A stretch of DNA of 64,000 nt from a bacterium (lineage in GTDB: Bacteria; Bdellovibrionota_C; UBA2361; CALJRW01): positions 61,562 through 125,561 of the forward strand of contig JANNBC010000054.1 of assembly GCA_031385045.1 (NCBI GenBank), written 5' to 3'. Positions 8,576-18,670 of this stretch are shown in pieces (the stretch's first letter is position 1; each line of letters begins with the position of its first letter). The position numbers and the translations under genes were made by a program. Below the pieces are notes generated by a model, which saw only the letters and a list, made by a program, of their open reading frames with translations, was not told the DNA's origin and made no database searches.

Positions 8576-9784
8576 ATGGTTCAAAGAAACAAAAATATCG
8601 CGAAACTCCCTGCTGGCTACCTATTCCCTGTGATTGCTAAGAAGCGTCGTGAATATCAAGAAAAAAATCCTACAGCTAAAATTATTTCACTAGGAATTGG
8701 TGATACTCCTGGGCCACTTCCAAAAAACATCACAGATGGCTTAGTAAAAGCTGCCGAAGGAATGGGAACAGCAGAAGGTTATTCTGGCTATCCAGACTTG
8801 GGCTTGCTAAAGCTTCGACAGTTAATCAACCAAAGATTTTACAACAACCAATTAGACCCTGACGAAATTTTGATTTCGGATGGAGCTAAGTGTGATGTCG
8901 GAAGACTTCAAGTCCTCTTTGGTGCTGATGTAAAAATTGCCGTGCAAGATCCTGTCTATCCGGCATATGTTGATTCCAGTGTTGCACTTGGACAGACTGG
9001 TGAATTTAACCCAGAGACTAAACAGTTTGGAGGCATTACCTACTTACCGTGCAATCCCGCCAATAATTTCTTTCCAGACTTAACTCCAGCAAAAAATTCA
9101 GATTTGATTTTTATCTGCTCCCCTAATAATCCAACAGGGGCTTGTGCAAATCGCCAACAACTAACTGAGTTGGTTGCCTTTGCCAAAGCTAATAAGGCCA
9201 TCATTATGTACGATGCTGCTTACAGCGTCTTCATTCAAGATCCAGAACTTCCAAAATCAATTTTTGAAATTCCCGGAGCTAAAGATGTGGCGATTGAAAT
9301 GCACTCTTTTTCTAAGTCCGCTAGCTTTACTGGAGTTCGCTTAGGTTGGACAGTTGTACCGAAAGACTTAAAATTTGATGATGGATCTTCCGTATTAAAT
9401 GATTGGATTAGACTAACAAACACAATCTATAATGGGACCTCACACATTACTCAGTTGGGTGGGATTGGAGCACTGGAAGATTCTGGCTGGGAAGAAATCA
9501 AGCAAATGACTGCTGAGTTTTTAGAAAATGCCAGGTTAATCAAAGACGCATTAGTTAAAAAAGATGTCGAAGTTTATGCTGGAGAAAACGCTCCCTACCT
9601 TTGGGCTAAAATCCCAGGCCGAACATCTTGGGAAACTTTTGATTATCTCCTAGAGCAAGCTCAAATTGTTTGTACTCCTGGTTCTGGATTTGGAATTGCA
9701 GGCGAAGGATTTGTTCGCTTTAGTGCCTTTGGCAAAAGAGCTGATATCCTAGAAGCAATCAAGCGACTAGAAAAGTTTCTATAA
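8576..9784 (+). CDS. dapL: LL-diaminopimelate aminotransferase
   Basis: GYLF..I, IISLGIGD, SDGAKCD, CSPNNPTG, SFSKSASFTGVRLGW, PGSGFG..GEGF.R.SAFG. Confidence 0.95.
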   Translation: MVQRNKNIAKLPAGYLFPVIAKKRREYQEKNPTAKIISLGIGDTPGPLPKNITDGLVKAAEGMGTAEGYSGYPDLGLLKLRQLINQRFYNNQLDPDEILISDGAKCDVGRLQVLFGADVKIAVQDPVYPAYVDSSVALGQTGEFNPETKQFGGITYLPCNPANNFFPDLTPAKNSDLIFICSPNNPTGACANRQQLTELVAFAKANKAIIMYDAAYSVFIQDPELPKSIFEIPGAKDVAIEMHSFSKSASFTGVRLGWTVVPKDLKFDDGSSVLNDWIRLTNTIYNGTSHITQLGGIGALEDSGWEEIKQMTAEFLENARLIKDALVKKDVEVYAGENAPYLWAKIPGRTSWETFDYLLEQAQIVCTPGSGFGIAGEGFVRFSAFGKRADILEAIKRLEKFL

Positions 9785-10008
9785 AGATCTTCAGCAAAAA
9801 AGACTTGAAGTAAAACAAGTATTTTTCTCCAATCCTTTTTGCAACTAGGATATTGAAATTACACTGTAAAATATCATTTTTCAGGCTTGCGATATTAGCC
9901 AGAACCTAGCAATTCATAAGAAAATTTTGAATAAGATCACTAATAATGCTAAACTTTGGATACCAAATTAATGCTAGCTACCTAGTATTACCAATAATCT
10001 AAGCTAAA

Positions 10009-10785
10009 ATGAAGAACGAATTAAGCATCTACGCCTACTACATCGGTAAGCAGGTAGATTTAAAAGATTTTAAAAAAGAGAAAATCCTAGCACGCGATCC
10101 ACTGCTAATTGATCTAAATAAAGATCGTCTAGTCGCAGTCTTTCGTTATGGCGTAGTGGTAATGTTTAATTGCCCAGAAGATCTTAAAGATTATATTAAC
10201 GATAAGTTAATCCCCGAAGACCTAGGGGAGAAACCAATCCTACTTAGCGAAAAATCTAGACTCTTAATTGATCCTGATGGACAAGAAATTGCAACGGAGG
10301 AGTACATTCAAATTAAATCAGAAAACATTGAAAAATTTCAATTAATTGCTGAAATCCTAGCTCGCCACCTAGCCCTAGATTATTTTGAACAAACCGTAAT
10401 CGATACTTTCAATAAATTACAGAACTTAATGAATAAGTTCGATCTACAAGCAACCAATCGTTATAAATCTAACGAACTTTACTCCTTAATTGAAGATGCC
10501 TTAATTGATAAAAGCAAACTTCTAGGACTAATTCAGTTAGGTGATAAGCCAGACTTAATTTGGGAATATCCTGAACTAGAAAAATTTTATAACCACCTAG
10601 ATAACCACTTTGAAGTCCGCGAACGTTACAAAGTTTTATACGAAAAATTAGAGCTAATTGACTCTACCGCTAAGTCCTTACTAGAGGTTACTAACGTCCG
10701 TCATAGTATCCGCCTAGAGTGGTATATCATAATACTGATTGTATTTGAGATTTGCTTAACACTTTACGATAAAATTTTTGCTTAA
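10009..10785 (+). CDS. RMD1/DUF155-family protein
   Basis: FRYGVVVMFN, DKPDLIWE.P.LE..Y, C-terminal LEWYIIILIVFEI. Confidence 0.85.
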   Translation: MKNELSIYAYYIGKQVDLKDFKKEKILARDPLLIDLNKDRLVAVFRYGVVVMFNCPEDLKDYINDKLIPEDLGEKPILLSEKSRLLIDPDGQEIATEEYIQIKSENIEKFQLIAEILARHLALDYFEQTVIDTFNKLQNLMNKFDLQATNRYKSNELYSLIEDALIDKSKLLGLIQLGDKPDLIWEYPELEKFYNHLDNHFEVRERYKVLYEKLELIDSTAKSLLEVTNVRHSIRLEWYIIILIVFEICLTLYDKIFA

Positions 10786-10812
10786 GAAGCGCAGTTTTAG
10801 TAAAAACATCAA

Positions 10813-12027
10813 GTGTTAAATAACAAACTTGAAATTACTATCCCCCAGACAAATAAAGAGGCCTATGCCTTAGCGACTAAAATTGCGGAAAGTGCAGTCC
10901 CCGTTGGAGAAAACTTTAATGTTAAAACTTGGCGCAAAAGGATTGCTCGTAAAATCAACAAATCAACTCGGACGGCATCAGATGAAGAGCTAAGGACTAT
11001 CAACCAAGCAAGCACTTTTGCAACAGCAGAATTTAAAAAACTAGGTTTCCATAGCTTCCCTAAAAATGTTGGATTAATTAAGGAAGAATATCGTCGCACC
11101 ACTGGGGCCTTAGATCTTGCCCGTGGCGCTGCTTATCAAGAGTTTCGCGGAATCTACCTCAGAGAAGAGGTAATCGAAAGTACTCCGAAGCTAGCCTTTG
11201 GCGTAGCAGTCCACGAACTCACTCACCTCTCTGCTCCAATTAGCCTGGGACAAAATAACTACATTTCAATGGGTCTCTTAATGCACGGAGTGGGCGGTTC
11301 ACGATTTTCTTTACTAGAAGAATTTGTTGCCGTTGCACTTCAAGTGAGAGCATTAAAAAGTATTGGCTTTCAAGAAGTTACCGAGGATAAACTACTTAAC
11401 ATCGCTCCTGATTCAAACTCATCTAGTATGCTTCAATTAGCAGCAATCTATGGAGAAATATATCAAACTCCAAAATATCAAAGTCAATGCATCCGACATA
11501 AAATTACCTTAGAAGATGCTGATTGGTGCAATCCACTGAGAATTCAAAAACAATTTACAAAATGTGGTATGCGAGCGATTTTCCCATACCAAATAAACCT
11601 CCCTTCACTAATTCTTAAATCCCATGACGAAGAAAACAGATCTGGATATGGCGTTGCTTTTCAATCATTTGTAGATTTAACCTTTGAAATTGGCAAACGT
11701 TACTCAAGTAATTACAAATGTCGCGCAAACTTTGAAGATTTACTAATTAAATATCATCAAACAAGAGATGTTAAGTCTGCTTTAAAATATATTTCTGGGG
11801 CAGTTGGGACTTCCGTAAACAAACCATTAGCTTTTCTCTGTCCACGAATCGATTTCAAAGATTCTGAACTCATTCGTGATAATTTACTATTTAGGATGTA
11901 TGTTGATGCAGGTAAAATTACTAATACAGCAAAAAGGGATAGTCTAAGAAGAGGACTATCCCTACTCTCGGCTAAAAGAGATCAGATCAAATTAGAATAT
12001 ATTCCATCAAGAAAATTAGTAACCTAA
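10813..12027 (+). CDS. Hypothetical protein with HExxH zinc-peptidase motif
   Basis: AVHELTH followed by LLEEFVA. Confidence 0.55.
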   Translation: MLNNKLEITIPQTNKEAYALATKIAESAVPVGENFNVKTWRKRIARKINKSTRTASDEELRTINQASTFATAEFKKLGFHSFPKNVGLIKEEYRRTTGALDLARGAAYQEFRGIYLREEVIESTPKLAFGVAVHELTHLSAPISLGQNNYISMGLLMHGVGGSRFSLLEEFVAVALQVRALKSIGFQEVTEDKLLNIAPDSNSSSMLQLAAIYGEIYQTPKYQSQCIRHKITLEDADWCNPLRIQKQFTKCGMRAIFPYQINLPSLILKSHDEENRSGYGVAFQSFVDLTFEIGKRYSSNYKCRANFEDLLIKYHQTRDVKSALKYISGAVGTSVNKPLAFLCPRIDFKDSELIRDNLLFRMYVDAGKITNTAKRDSLRRGLSLLSAKRDQIKLEYIPSRKLVT

Positions 12028-12034
12028 CTTTTGA

Positions 12035-12466
12035 TTAAACCCCATCAACACAAGTCATTCCACCACGAGACGACTTAGTATCTCGACATCCATTGCGGCG
12101 CTCCCGATCAGAACACTTACTAGATCTTTCATGAAACCCAGAAGGACAACGATCTGGTTCTTCGTGTTGAATAACTGGCGGTGGTGTAACTGGACGATGA
12201 CTATTCTCCCACTGGATGCGCTCTCTTTCCCGCTCAAGTTGCTCGCGCTCTTCTCTTAAACGATCCCGTTCCCAACGATCTCGGTCTCTTTCCCGATCAT
12301 AATCAGAACGAGAATCATACCGAGAGTCATATCTAGAATCATAGCGATCATAACTTGAGCTTGGACGATAAGTTCCCCCGTTATCTGGATAGTAACCATC
12401 ATCAGGAACACAAGCCGAAAGCATTACGCTAGAAAGACAAACAAAAGCAATAATTTTTAAACGCAT
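12035..12466 (-). CDS. Lipoprotein with YDSR repeats, coiled coil and Cys-rich C-terminus
   Basis: Lipobox LSAC; (YDSR)n; four Cys near the C-terminus. Confidence 0.7.
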   Translation of the reverse strand: MRLKIIAFVCLSSVMLSACVPDDGYYPDNGGTYRPSSSYDRYDSRYDSRYDSRSDYDRERDRDRWERDRLREEREQLERERERIQWENSHRPVTPPPVIQHEEPDRCPSGFHERSSKCSDRERRNGCRDTKSSRGGMTCVDGV

Positions 12467-12568
12467 ATTTTAAGTATTAAGTGCAAAAACAAGTACCTGA
12501 TCAATATATAATCTTCGGACAGTAGATTACAAGTAATTATTCACAAGCAACTAGCAAATAAATCAGGA

Positions 12569-13660
12569 TTACAAGGTGCCTTTTGTACTTGGAAGCCCCA
12601 CTTGCCCCGAACTGGCAACAGCCTGCCTAATTACCTTACCCAAAGCCTTAAAAGTTGCTTCGATTTTATGGTGTTCGTTATCACCTTCTATTTTGATACT
12701 TAAATTACACTTGGCACTATCAGAGAAAGACTTAAAGAAGTGTGGGAACATTTCTGTTGGCATGTCACCCACTTTTTCTCTTTTAAACTCTGCTTGCCAG
12801 ACAAGCCAAGGGCGACCTGAAAAATCAAGTGCGACTTGAACTAAGGCATCATCCATTGGTAGTGTAAAACCATAGCGATTAATTCCTCGCTTACTGCCCA
12901 GAGCCTGTGAGATTGCCTCTCCAAGTGCCAAGGCGGTATCTTCAATTGTATGATGCTCATCAATTTCTAAATCACCTGCAACATTTAATACTAAATCAAA
13001 ACCAGCATGAAAAGCTAACTGTTGTAACATGTGATCAAAGAAACTAAGTCCTGTCTTAATCTGAATCTGACCTTGTCCATCTAAGTTTAAGCTAAGATTA
13101 ATCTTAGTTTCTTTGGTATTACGCTGATAATTGATGACGCGACCACTTGCTAGAATAAAATTAGTAATCTGAGACCAGTCGTTACTAATAAATGTTGCTT
13201 CCGAGCACGATTCACTACCCATATAAATTGACTTACTACCAAGATTTTTAGCAAGCTCCACATCGGTTAAGCGGTCACCAATCACCCAAGAATTTACCAA
13301 ATCAAATTCGGGACTCAAGTATTTAGTTAACAGTCCAGTACCTGGTTTTCTAGTTGTTAGCTTTTGCTCAGCAAAAGATCGATCAATAAAAATATCACTA
13401 AAACTAACTCCCTCACTAGCAAAAATATCTAACATGAGCTTTTGAGCAGGCCAAAAATCCGCCTCTGGAAAACTAGCGGTCCCTAGACCATCCTGATTAG
13501 TAATAATTACAAACTGGAAATCACTAAAATCGGCTAATTTTTTTAGAGAGGAAATCACCTTTGGCAAAAATCTTAATTTATCTAGGCGATCTATTTGAAA
13601 GTTATCATCTGGTTCCCAAATTAATGTTCCATCGCGATCAAAGAAAATTACTTTTTTCAT
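12569..13660 (-). CDS. hisB: Bifunctional histidinol-phosphatase / imidazoleglycerol-phosphate dehydratase
   Basis: FDRDGTL HAD domain plus FFDHML, DEHHT.ED, NEHHK.EA. Confidence 0.96.
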   Translation of the reverse strand: MKKVIFFDRDGTLIWEPDDNFQIDRLDKLRFLPKVISSLKKLADFSDFQFVIITNQDGLGTASFPEADFWPAQKLMLDIFASEGVSFSDIFIDRSFAEQKLTTRKPGTGLLTKYLSPEFDLVNSWVIGDRLTDVELAKNLGSKSIYMGSESCSEATFISNDWSQITNFILASGRVINYQRNTKETKINLSLNLDGQGQIQIKTGLSFFDHMLQQLAFHAGFDLVLNVAGDLEIDEHHTIEDTALALGEAISQALGSKRGINRYGFTLPMDDALVQVALDFSGRPWLVWQAEFKREKVGDMPTEMFPHFFKSFSDSAKCNLSIKIEGDNEHHKIEATFKALGKVIRQAVASSGQVGLPSTKGTL

Positions 13661-14700
13661 ATTAGTTCCAAAGCTTTGATTAATTGTTGATTTTCAGTCG
13701 CAGTACCGACAGAAACTCGTAAACAATTCTCTACCAGAGAGTGCGCGCTAATTCTTCGAACTAATAAACCTTGAGATTTTAAAAACTCGTAGGCAGTTTC
13801 GGAATCAGCAACTTGAATCATTAAGAAATTGGCATCACTTGGGTAGAGTTTTAAAACTTTAGCGTTCTGAGACAAGGCAATAATTAATCGGTTTCGCTCT
13901 GCTAATAATTCTTTTACTGAATTAGTAGTAAATTCTGCGTCCTGTAAGGCTTGAGTTGCCCGCAGCTGTGTTAACAAGTTAATGTTATAGGGCATCTTAA
14001 TTGTATTAAGAATTTCAATAATTTCAGAACTTGCAAAAGCTATTCCCACACGCAAGGCTGCTAAACCACAAGCCTTAGAAAGAGTTTGCAGAATAATTAA
14101 ATTAGGGGAATTAACTATTTCTGTAATTAAAGATTCCTGTGTAGAAAAATCGATATAGGCCTCGTCCACAATCACAATCCCTGAAAACTCTTTAACCAAA
14201 TTAATTAAATCACTTCGCTTAACAGAATTGCTTGTCGGATTATTTGGCGAGCAAAGAAATAAGATTTTAGTTTTGGCTGAGAAACTAGCAATTAAAGCGG
14301 GAACATTTAACGAGAAATTTGGTAGCAAATCAACCTTAACTACTTCAATGTTATTAACAGAAGAGGCAACTGCATACATCCCAAAAGTTGGCGGGGTAAT
14401 AATTACTTGGTCACTTCCTGATGCACAAAAAATTCGGATTAAGAGATCAATAATCTCATCACTGCCATTTCCAATAAAGATTTGATTACTAGCAACTTTT
14501 TTTAATTTGGAGATGACTTTTTTTAATTCTTTTTGATAAGGATCTGGGTAACGGTTTAAGTTAAGCAGATCGGGGCTCTTCGGGTTTTCATTAGCATCTA
14601 ATAACACTAGTCCATCTCCGGAAGCTTCTCCACGTGCCGATTTATAAGGTATTACTTTTAGAATATGTGGATTAACTAAATCCTTAATATTAATCTTCAT
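13657..14700 (-). CDS. hisC: Histidinol-phosphate aminotransferase
   Basis: LDANENP, NRYPDP, GNGSDE.ID, CSPNNPT, DEAYIDF, TLSKA.GLA.LRVG. Confidence 0.95.
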   Translation of the reverse strand: MKINIKDLVNPHILKVIPYKSARGEASGDGLVLLDANENPKSPDLLNLNRYPDPYQKELKKVISKLKKVASNQIFIGNGSDEIIDLLIRIFCASGSDQVIITPPTFGMYAVASSVNNIEVVKVDLLPNFSLNVPALIASFSAKTKILFLCSPNNPTSNSVKRSDLINLVKEFSGIVIVDEAYIDFSTQESLITEIVNSPNLIILQTLSKACGLAALRVGIAFASSEIIEILNTIKMPYNINLLTQLRATQALQDAEFTTNSVKELLAERNRLIIALSQNAKVLKLYPSDANFLMIQVADSETAYEFLKSQGLLVRRISAHSLVENCLRVSVGTATENQQLIKALELI

Positions 14701-16183
14701 AGAATATTTGATCTAAGTCAGTAGTAAGATTTTCAAGCTGCAAACCTGAACCGATCTTGATTGGGGCATCTAAATACTGGTAAAGCTTTCGAGATAATTG
14801 ATTACAATAAACGTCAACTAAGGGAAAGGAAAGGTTAGAATCTGGCACAATCAATAAGCGAGAGGTGCGTTTTACTGAGCTGACAATCGCCTCAATTGGC
14901 AAGGGCCAAATTTGCTTTAAAATAATTATTTCTGGCTCTAAAGAATCACTAGCTTCTAGAAAACTTAGAACTTCTTGACTTGCCTTACCCCAAGTTAAAA
15001 TTGTAAAGTCATCGCCCACGCAGGAAAAATGATCTTGCTGCTGGCTAAAATCCGCTAATAAGGAATTGGTTAATAGATAATTTACTATTATTGCTGATTG
15101 GCTAGGCATACTTGGTTGATTCAAGTAATTAATTATAATCGGGCAATTATTACTTCGAGCATACTGCAAAAGTAGATTAGTACTAAGATTTGTTAAATTT
15201 TCTGAAGCAATCTGAAGAGTTAATTTAATATCGAAATCAATTTGATTAAGTTCTAAAAGATAAGCATCTAATTTTTGAGAGTTAATGACTACTTTAGTTA
15301 CTTCATTGTTTATTAAGGAACTTCTAAGCACTTGAGTTGTTAAGCCAATTTCTGAAGCTCCTCGAATTTCGATTTCTAATGAATCCTTAGATTTTACATC
15401 AGGGACTAAAGGGTAAAGAACCTCAGCTGGATCTGTAATGATAATTTTTCTTTGCTCTAAGACTTCATGAAAAACAACTAGAGGATTATAATTACTTTCC
15501 GCATAGCTTGTCGGAATTAAAACCAGATTAATTTCTGTTGAAGAATTAATCAGCCGATCAAAGCTCTCTAGAAGATTATACGTCTCCACAGGTAAGACGG
15601 AAACTCTTCCTTGCTGTTCCAAGAATATCTTTTCCAGTTCCAAAAAAGAAAGCGATCGATCGTCATAAATTAAAAAAAAGTCAGCCCGACCGGAAGACTT
15701 ACCAACAGAATTAATCAGTTTTTGCAGTTCTGAAAGCATTGCTAAGTTAAATTCTGCAATAACTGCTAAATTATAATCTGCTAAATCTGTTACTAAAGAA
15801 AAATCTGGATTCTTCAGGGCATAAAGATTTAATAATTGATGTTCAACAAAATGCTTTGATAAATGACCTACAGCTAATTCCTTTCCCAGAATGCCTTGCA
15901 CAAACTCAGTAGCCGTAATGCTGGTTAGCCTTAAGGCCTCACCTAAGAAATTAGGAGTTAAACTAACAATTAAACTATTTGGAGAGCAGGCTAATAAACC
16001 GGAGAGAACTATTGCCTCTAGATAATTGGCGCTCCCCTGTTCTAAGTTACAAGCGGTTTTAATCAGATTAATACGACTAATTGAGTGATATATCTTATTT
16101 AAAACCTGAGGAGAGTACTTATAAGGCTCATACTCAGTATATTGATAATCAGACTTGGGATTAAAAGTAACTGGTAATGTCAT
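14690..16183 (-). CDS. Highly degenerate 2-oxoacid dehydrogenase E1/transketolase-like protein
   Basis: C-terminus GDDFTILTWG...EIIILKQIWPL..EAIVSSVKRTSRLLIV...LDAPI resembles E1-beta; no ThDP motif seen. Confidence 0.55.
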   Translation of the reverse strand: MTLPVTFNPKSDYQYTEYEPYKYSPQVLNKIYHSISRINLIKTACNLEQGSANYLEAIVLSGLLACSPNSLIVSLTPNFLGEALRLTSITATEFVQGILGKELAVGHLSKHFVEHQLLNLYALKNPDFSLVTDLADYNLAVIAEFNLAMLSELQKLINSVGKSSGRADFFLIYDDRSLSFLELEKIFLEQQGRVSVLPVETYNLLESFDRLINSSTEINLVLIPTSYAESNYNPLVVFHEVLEQRKIIITDPAEVLYPLVPDVKSKDSLEIEIRGASEIGLTTQVLRSSLINNEVTKVVINSQKLDAYLLELNQIDFDIKLTLQIASENLTNLSTNLLLQYARSNNCPIIINYLNQPSMPSQSAIIVNYLLTNSLLADFSQQQDHFSCVGDDFTILTWGKASQEVLSFLEASDSLEPEIIILKQIWPLPIEAIVSSVKRTSRLLIVPDSNLSFPLVDVYCNQLSRKLYQYLDAPIKIGSGLQLENLTTDLDQIFYED

Positions 16184-16338
16184 GAAATTGCGCGGTAAAT
16201 TGCTTTGTAAAGTCAAATCTTATACTATACCGCCGATGATATAGCTTTTTTCAAAACTTTTAAAGTTGCTATTGTTAGCACTAAAATTTTTGAAAAATAT
16301 CTGAATCAGCAATTTTTTTCCGTAGCTAAAATTTAGAT

Positions 16339-17037
16339 ATGAATAATCCTAACCGTGCACGGTTACTTGGCGAACTACAATACCGTCTTAACTACACATT
16401 CAAATCTCCTGAGCTATTAGAAGCTGCAATTACTCACCGCTCGGCAAAGAAATCGAATAAAGGACAGGACTATGAACAACTTGAATTTATTGGTGATGCT
16501 GTCTTAGATTTAGCCGTTGCTCACTTACTGTTAAAAAATCATCCTAAGAAAAATGAAGGTGAACTTTCCAAGATGCGAGCAGCTTTAGTTAACACTGAAT
16601 CTCTAGCCCAGATTTCTAGAGAACTCTCAGTCGGCCTATTGATTAACATGAGCCAAAGCGAGCAGAATAGTGGTGGTGCTGAGAAAAATTCCATTCTAGC
16701 TGACGTTGTTGAAGCACTGTTTGGAGCAATTTATTTTGAAGCGGGATTTAGTCGTACTTTTGAAGTTGTGAGATTAATCTTTGATGCCCGCACTCTAAAA
16801 GTTAAACCTAAAGATCCTAAAACGGAATTGCAAGAGAAACTACATGCCTTATCCTTGCCATCTCCTGAATATGTGGTGGAGGATTCCTCTGGACCTGACC
16901 ATGCGCCAATTTTTTCTACGGTAGTAAAAGTAAATGAAGAAATTTGTGGTCGAGGCTCTGGAAATTCCAAGAAAGCATCGGAACAAGCAGCTGCCCTGGA
17001 AGCTTTAAAAAACATCGCGGAACAAAACAATGGATAA
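16339..17037 (+). CDS. rnc: Ribonuclease III
   Basis: EQLEFIGDAVL, ADVVEALFGAIY, dsRBD (DPKTELQE, GPDH.P.F, SKKASEQ.AA). Confidence 0.96.
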   Translation: MNNPNRARLLGELQYRLNYTFKSPELLEAAITHRSAKKSNKGQDYEQLEFIGDAVLDLAVAHLLLKNHPKKNEGELSKMRAALVNTESLAQISRELSVGLLINMSQSEQNSGGAEKNSILADVVEALFGAIYFEAGFSRTFEVVRLIFDARTLKVKPKDPKTELQEKLHALSLPSPEYVVEDSSGPDHAPIFSTVVKVNEEICGRGSGNSKKASEQAAALEALKNIAEQNNG

Positions 17038-18400
17038 TAATCAAAATACTATACCTTTAATAGCTATCGTTGGTCGAACTAACGTGGGTAAATCAACTCT
17101 TTTTAACTTACTCTCCCATCAGAATTTGGCAGTTGTTGCCGACAGGCCTGGAGTTACCAGAGATCGAAACTATGTCGTCTTAAACAATTATAGACGGCCT
17201 TTCTCGCTAGTCGACACAGGTGGTTTGCTTGGCGAAGAAAATAATAAACTTGCGACTGCCGTTACGGAGCAAACAGAGATTGCCATTCATGAAGCTGATC
17301 TAATTCTAGCAATCTTTGATGGTAAAAATGGTCACCATCCATTAGATTTAGAAGTTGTTGACCTACTGCGTAGAAGTAACAAGCCAGTTCTTTGGGTTGT
17401 TAACAAATGTGATGGCAAAGATTTCGAGACAAGAGCAACTGAATTCTACAATTTGGGCTTAGAAGAATTACATTTAATTAGCGCAGCACATAACCAAGGT
17501 ATTCGCGATCTATTTAAGGCAATCTGGGATAAATTATTTATTTTTGATCAAAAAGAATTAAAACCAGAAGAAGAAGACAATACAATTAAAGTAGCTATTC
17601 TTGGAAAACCAAATGCTGGTAAATCAACTCTAGTTAACAAACTGCTTGGCGAGCAACGACAAATTACCTCCCCAATTGCTGGAACAACTAGAGATAGTGT
17701 CAACATCACACTAACTAGAGATGGACAAGATTTCAAACTAATCGATACCGCAGGTCTTCGAAAGCAAAGAAACATTGGCAAAGAGACAATGGAACAAATT
17801 TTCTCTTTCCGCACATTAAAATCTCTAGCGGAATGTGATGTTGCTGTTCTAATGCTTGACGGAGAAGAAGGTATTCCAACCCACCAAGATGCCAAGATTG
17901 CCGATCTGATCCACCAACGTGGCAAAGGTCTCGTAATCGTTGTAAACAAATGGGATGCAGTAGAAAAAGATCATCGCACCGTTAAAGAGTATCAAGATCA
18001 AATTAAACAAGTACTACAGTTCTGTAGCTATGCACCAATTGTGTTTACTTCAGCATTAACTGGAAAACGTTGCCCTTCAGTCTTAGAAGCGGTGAAGAAG
18101 GTCTATGAAGCTGGGAAACTTCGTATTAAAACCAATGAAATTAACAACATTGTAGAAGCTGCGATCCAGAAGAACCCACCTCCAATTTACCGAGGCCTGC
18201 CAGTTAAGTTCTATTTTGCGACTCAGATTGACGGGAATCCTCCAACCTTTGTTTTATTTTTCAATAATCCAAAGCGGATAACTGAATCATATACCAGATA
18301 TTTGAAGAATTATATTCGTGCTCAGCATCAATATATAGGATATGATATTAAAATCATTACAAGAAAACGTCGTAGTAAGTATGAACAAGATAAGTCATAG
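17030..18400 (+). CDS. der: Ribosome biogenesis GTPase Der
   Basis: Two G domains (GRTNVGKST, GKPNAGKST), DTGG/DTAG, KH-like C-terminus. Confidence 0.96.
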   Translation: MDNNQNTIPLIAIVGRTNVGKSTLFNLLSHQNLAVVADRPGVTRDRNYVVLNNYRRPFSLVDTGGLLGEENNKLATAVTEQTEIAIHEADLILAIFDGKNGHHPLDLEVVDLLRRSNKPVLWVVNKCDGKDFETRATEFYNLGLEELHLISAAHNQGIRDLFKAIWDKLFIFDQKELKPEEEDNTIKVAILGKPNAGKSTLVNKLLGEQRQITSPIAGTTRDSVNITLTRDGQDFKLIDTAGLRKQRNIGKETMEQIFSFRTLKSLAECDVAVLMLDGEEGIPTHQDAKIADLIHQRGKGLVIVVNKWDAVEKDHRTVKEYQDQIKQVLQFCSYAPIVFTSALTGKRCPSVLEAVKKVYEAGKLRIKTNEINNIVEAAIQKNPPPIYRGLPVKFYFATQIDGNPPTFVLFFNNPKRITESYTRYLKNYIRAQHQYIGYDIKIITRKRRSKYEQDKS

Positions 18401-18670
18401 GACACTTGTTCTAGATTAGATTTTTTTGCTACGGATTTTAAAACCATTCATAAAGTCTGTAAAAGTTATGAAAGATCAAATCCCCTCTAAGGGGTCAATT
18501 TACAAAGTAAATTGGGGGTGGAGATAACTAGCCGTTCACAAAATTGGACAAAGTCGATTAGATTTTGACCACTAGAAGAACTAGACATATGCTCCTTAAA
18601 ACCATTTGGTAGTAAACTTTACTGACCCTGTGAACGGGGCTACCCGGCTTTTTAAGAAAATACATTTAGC

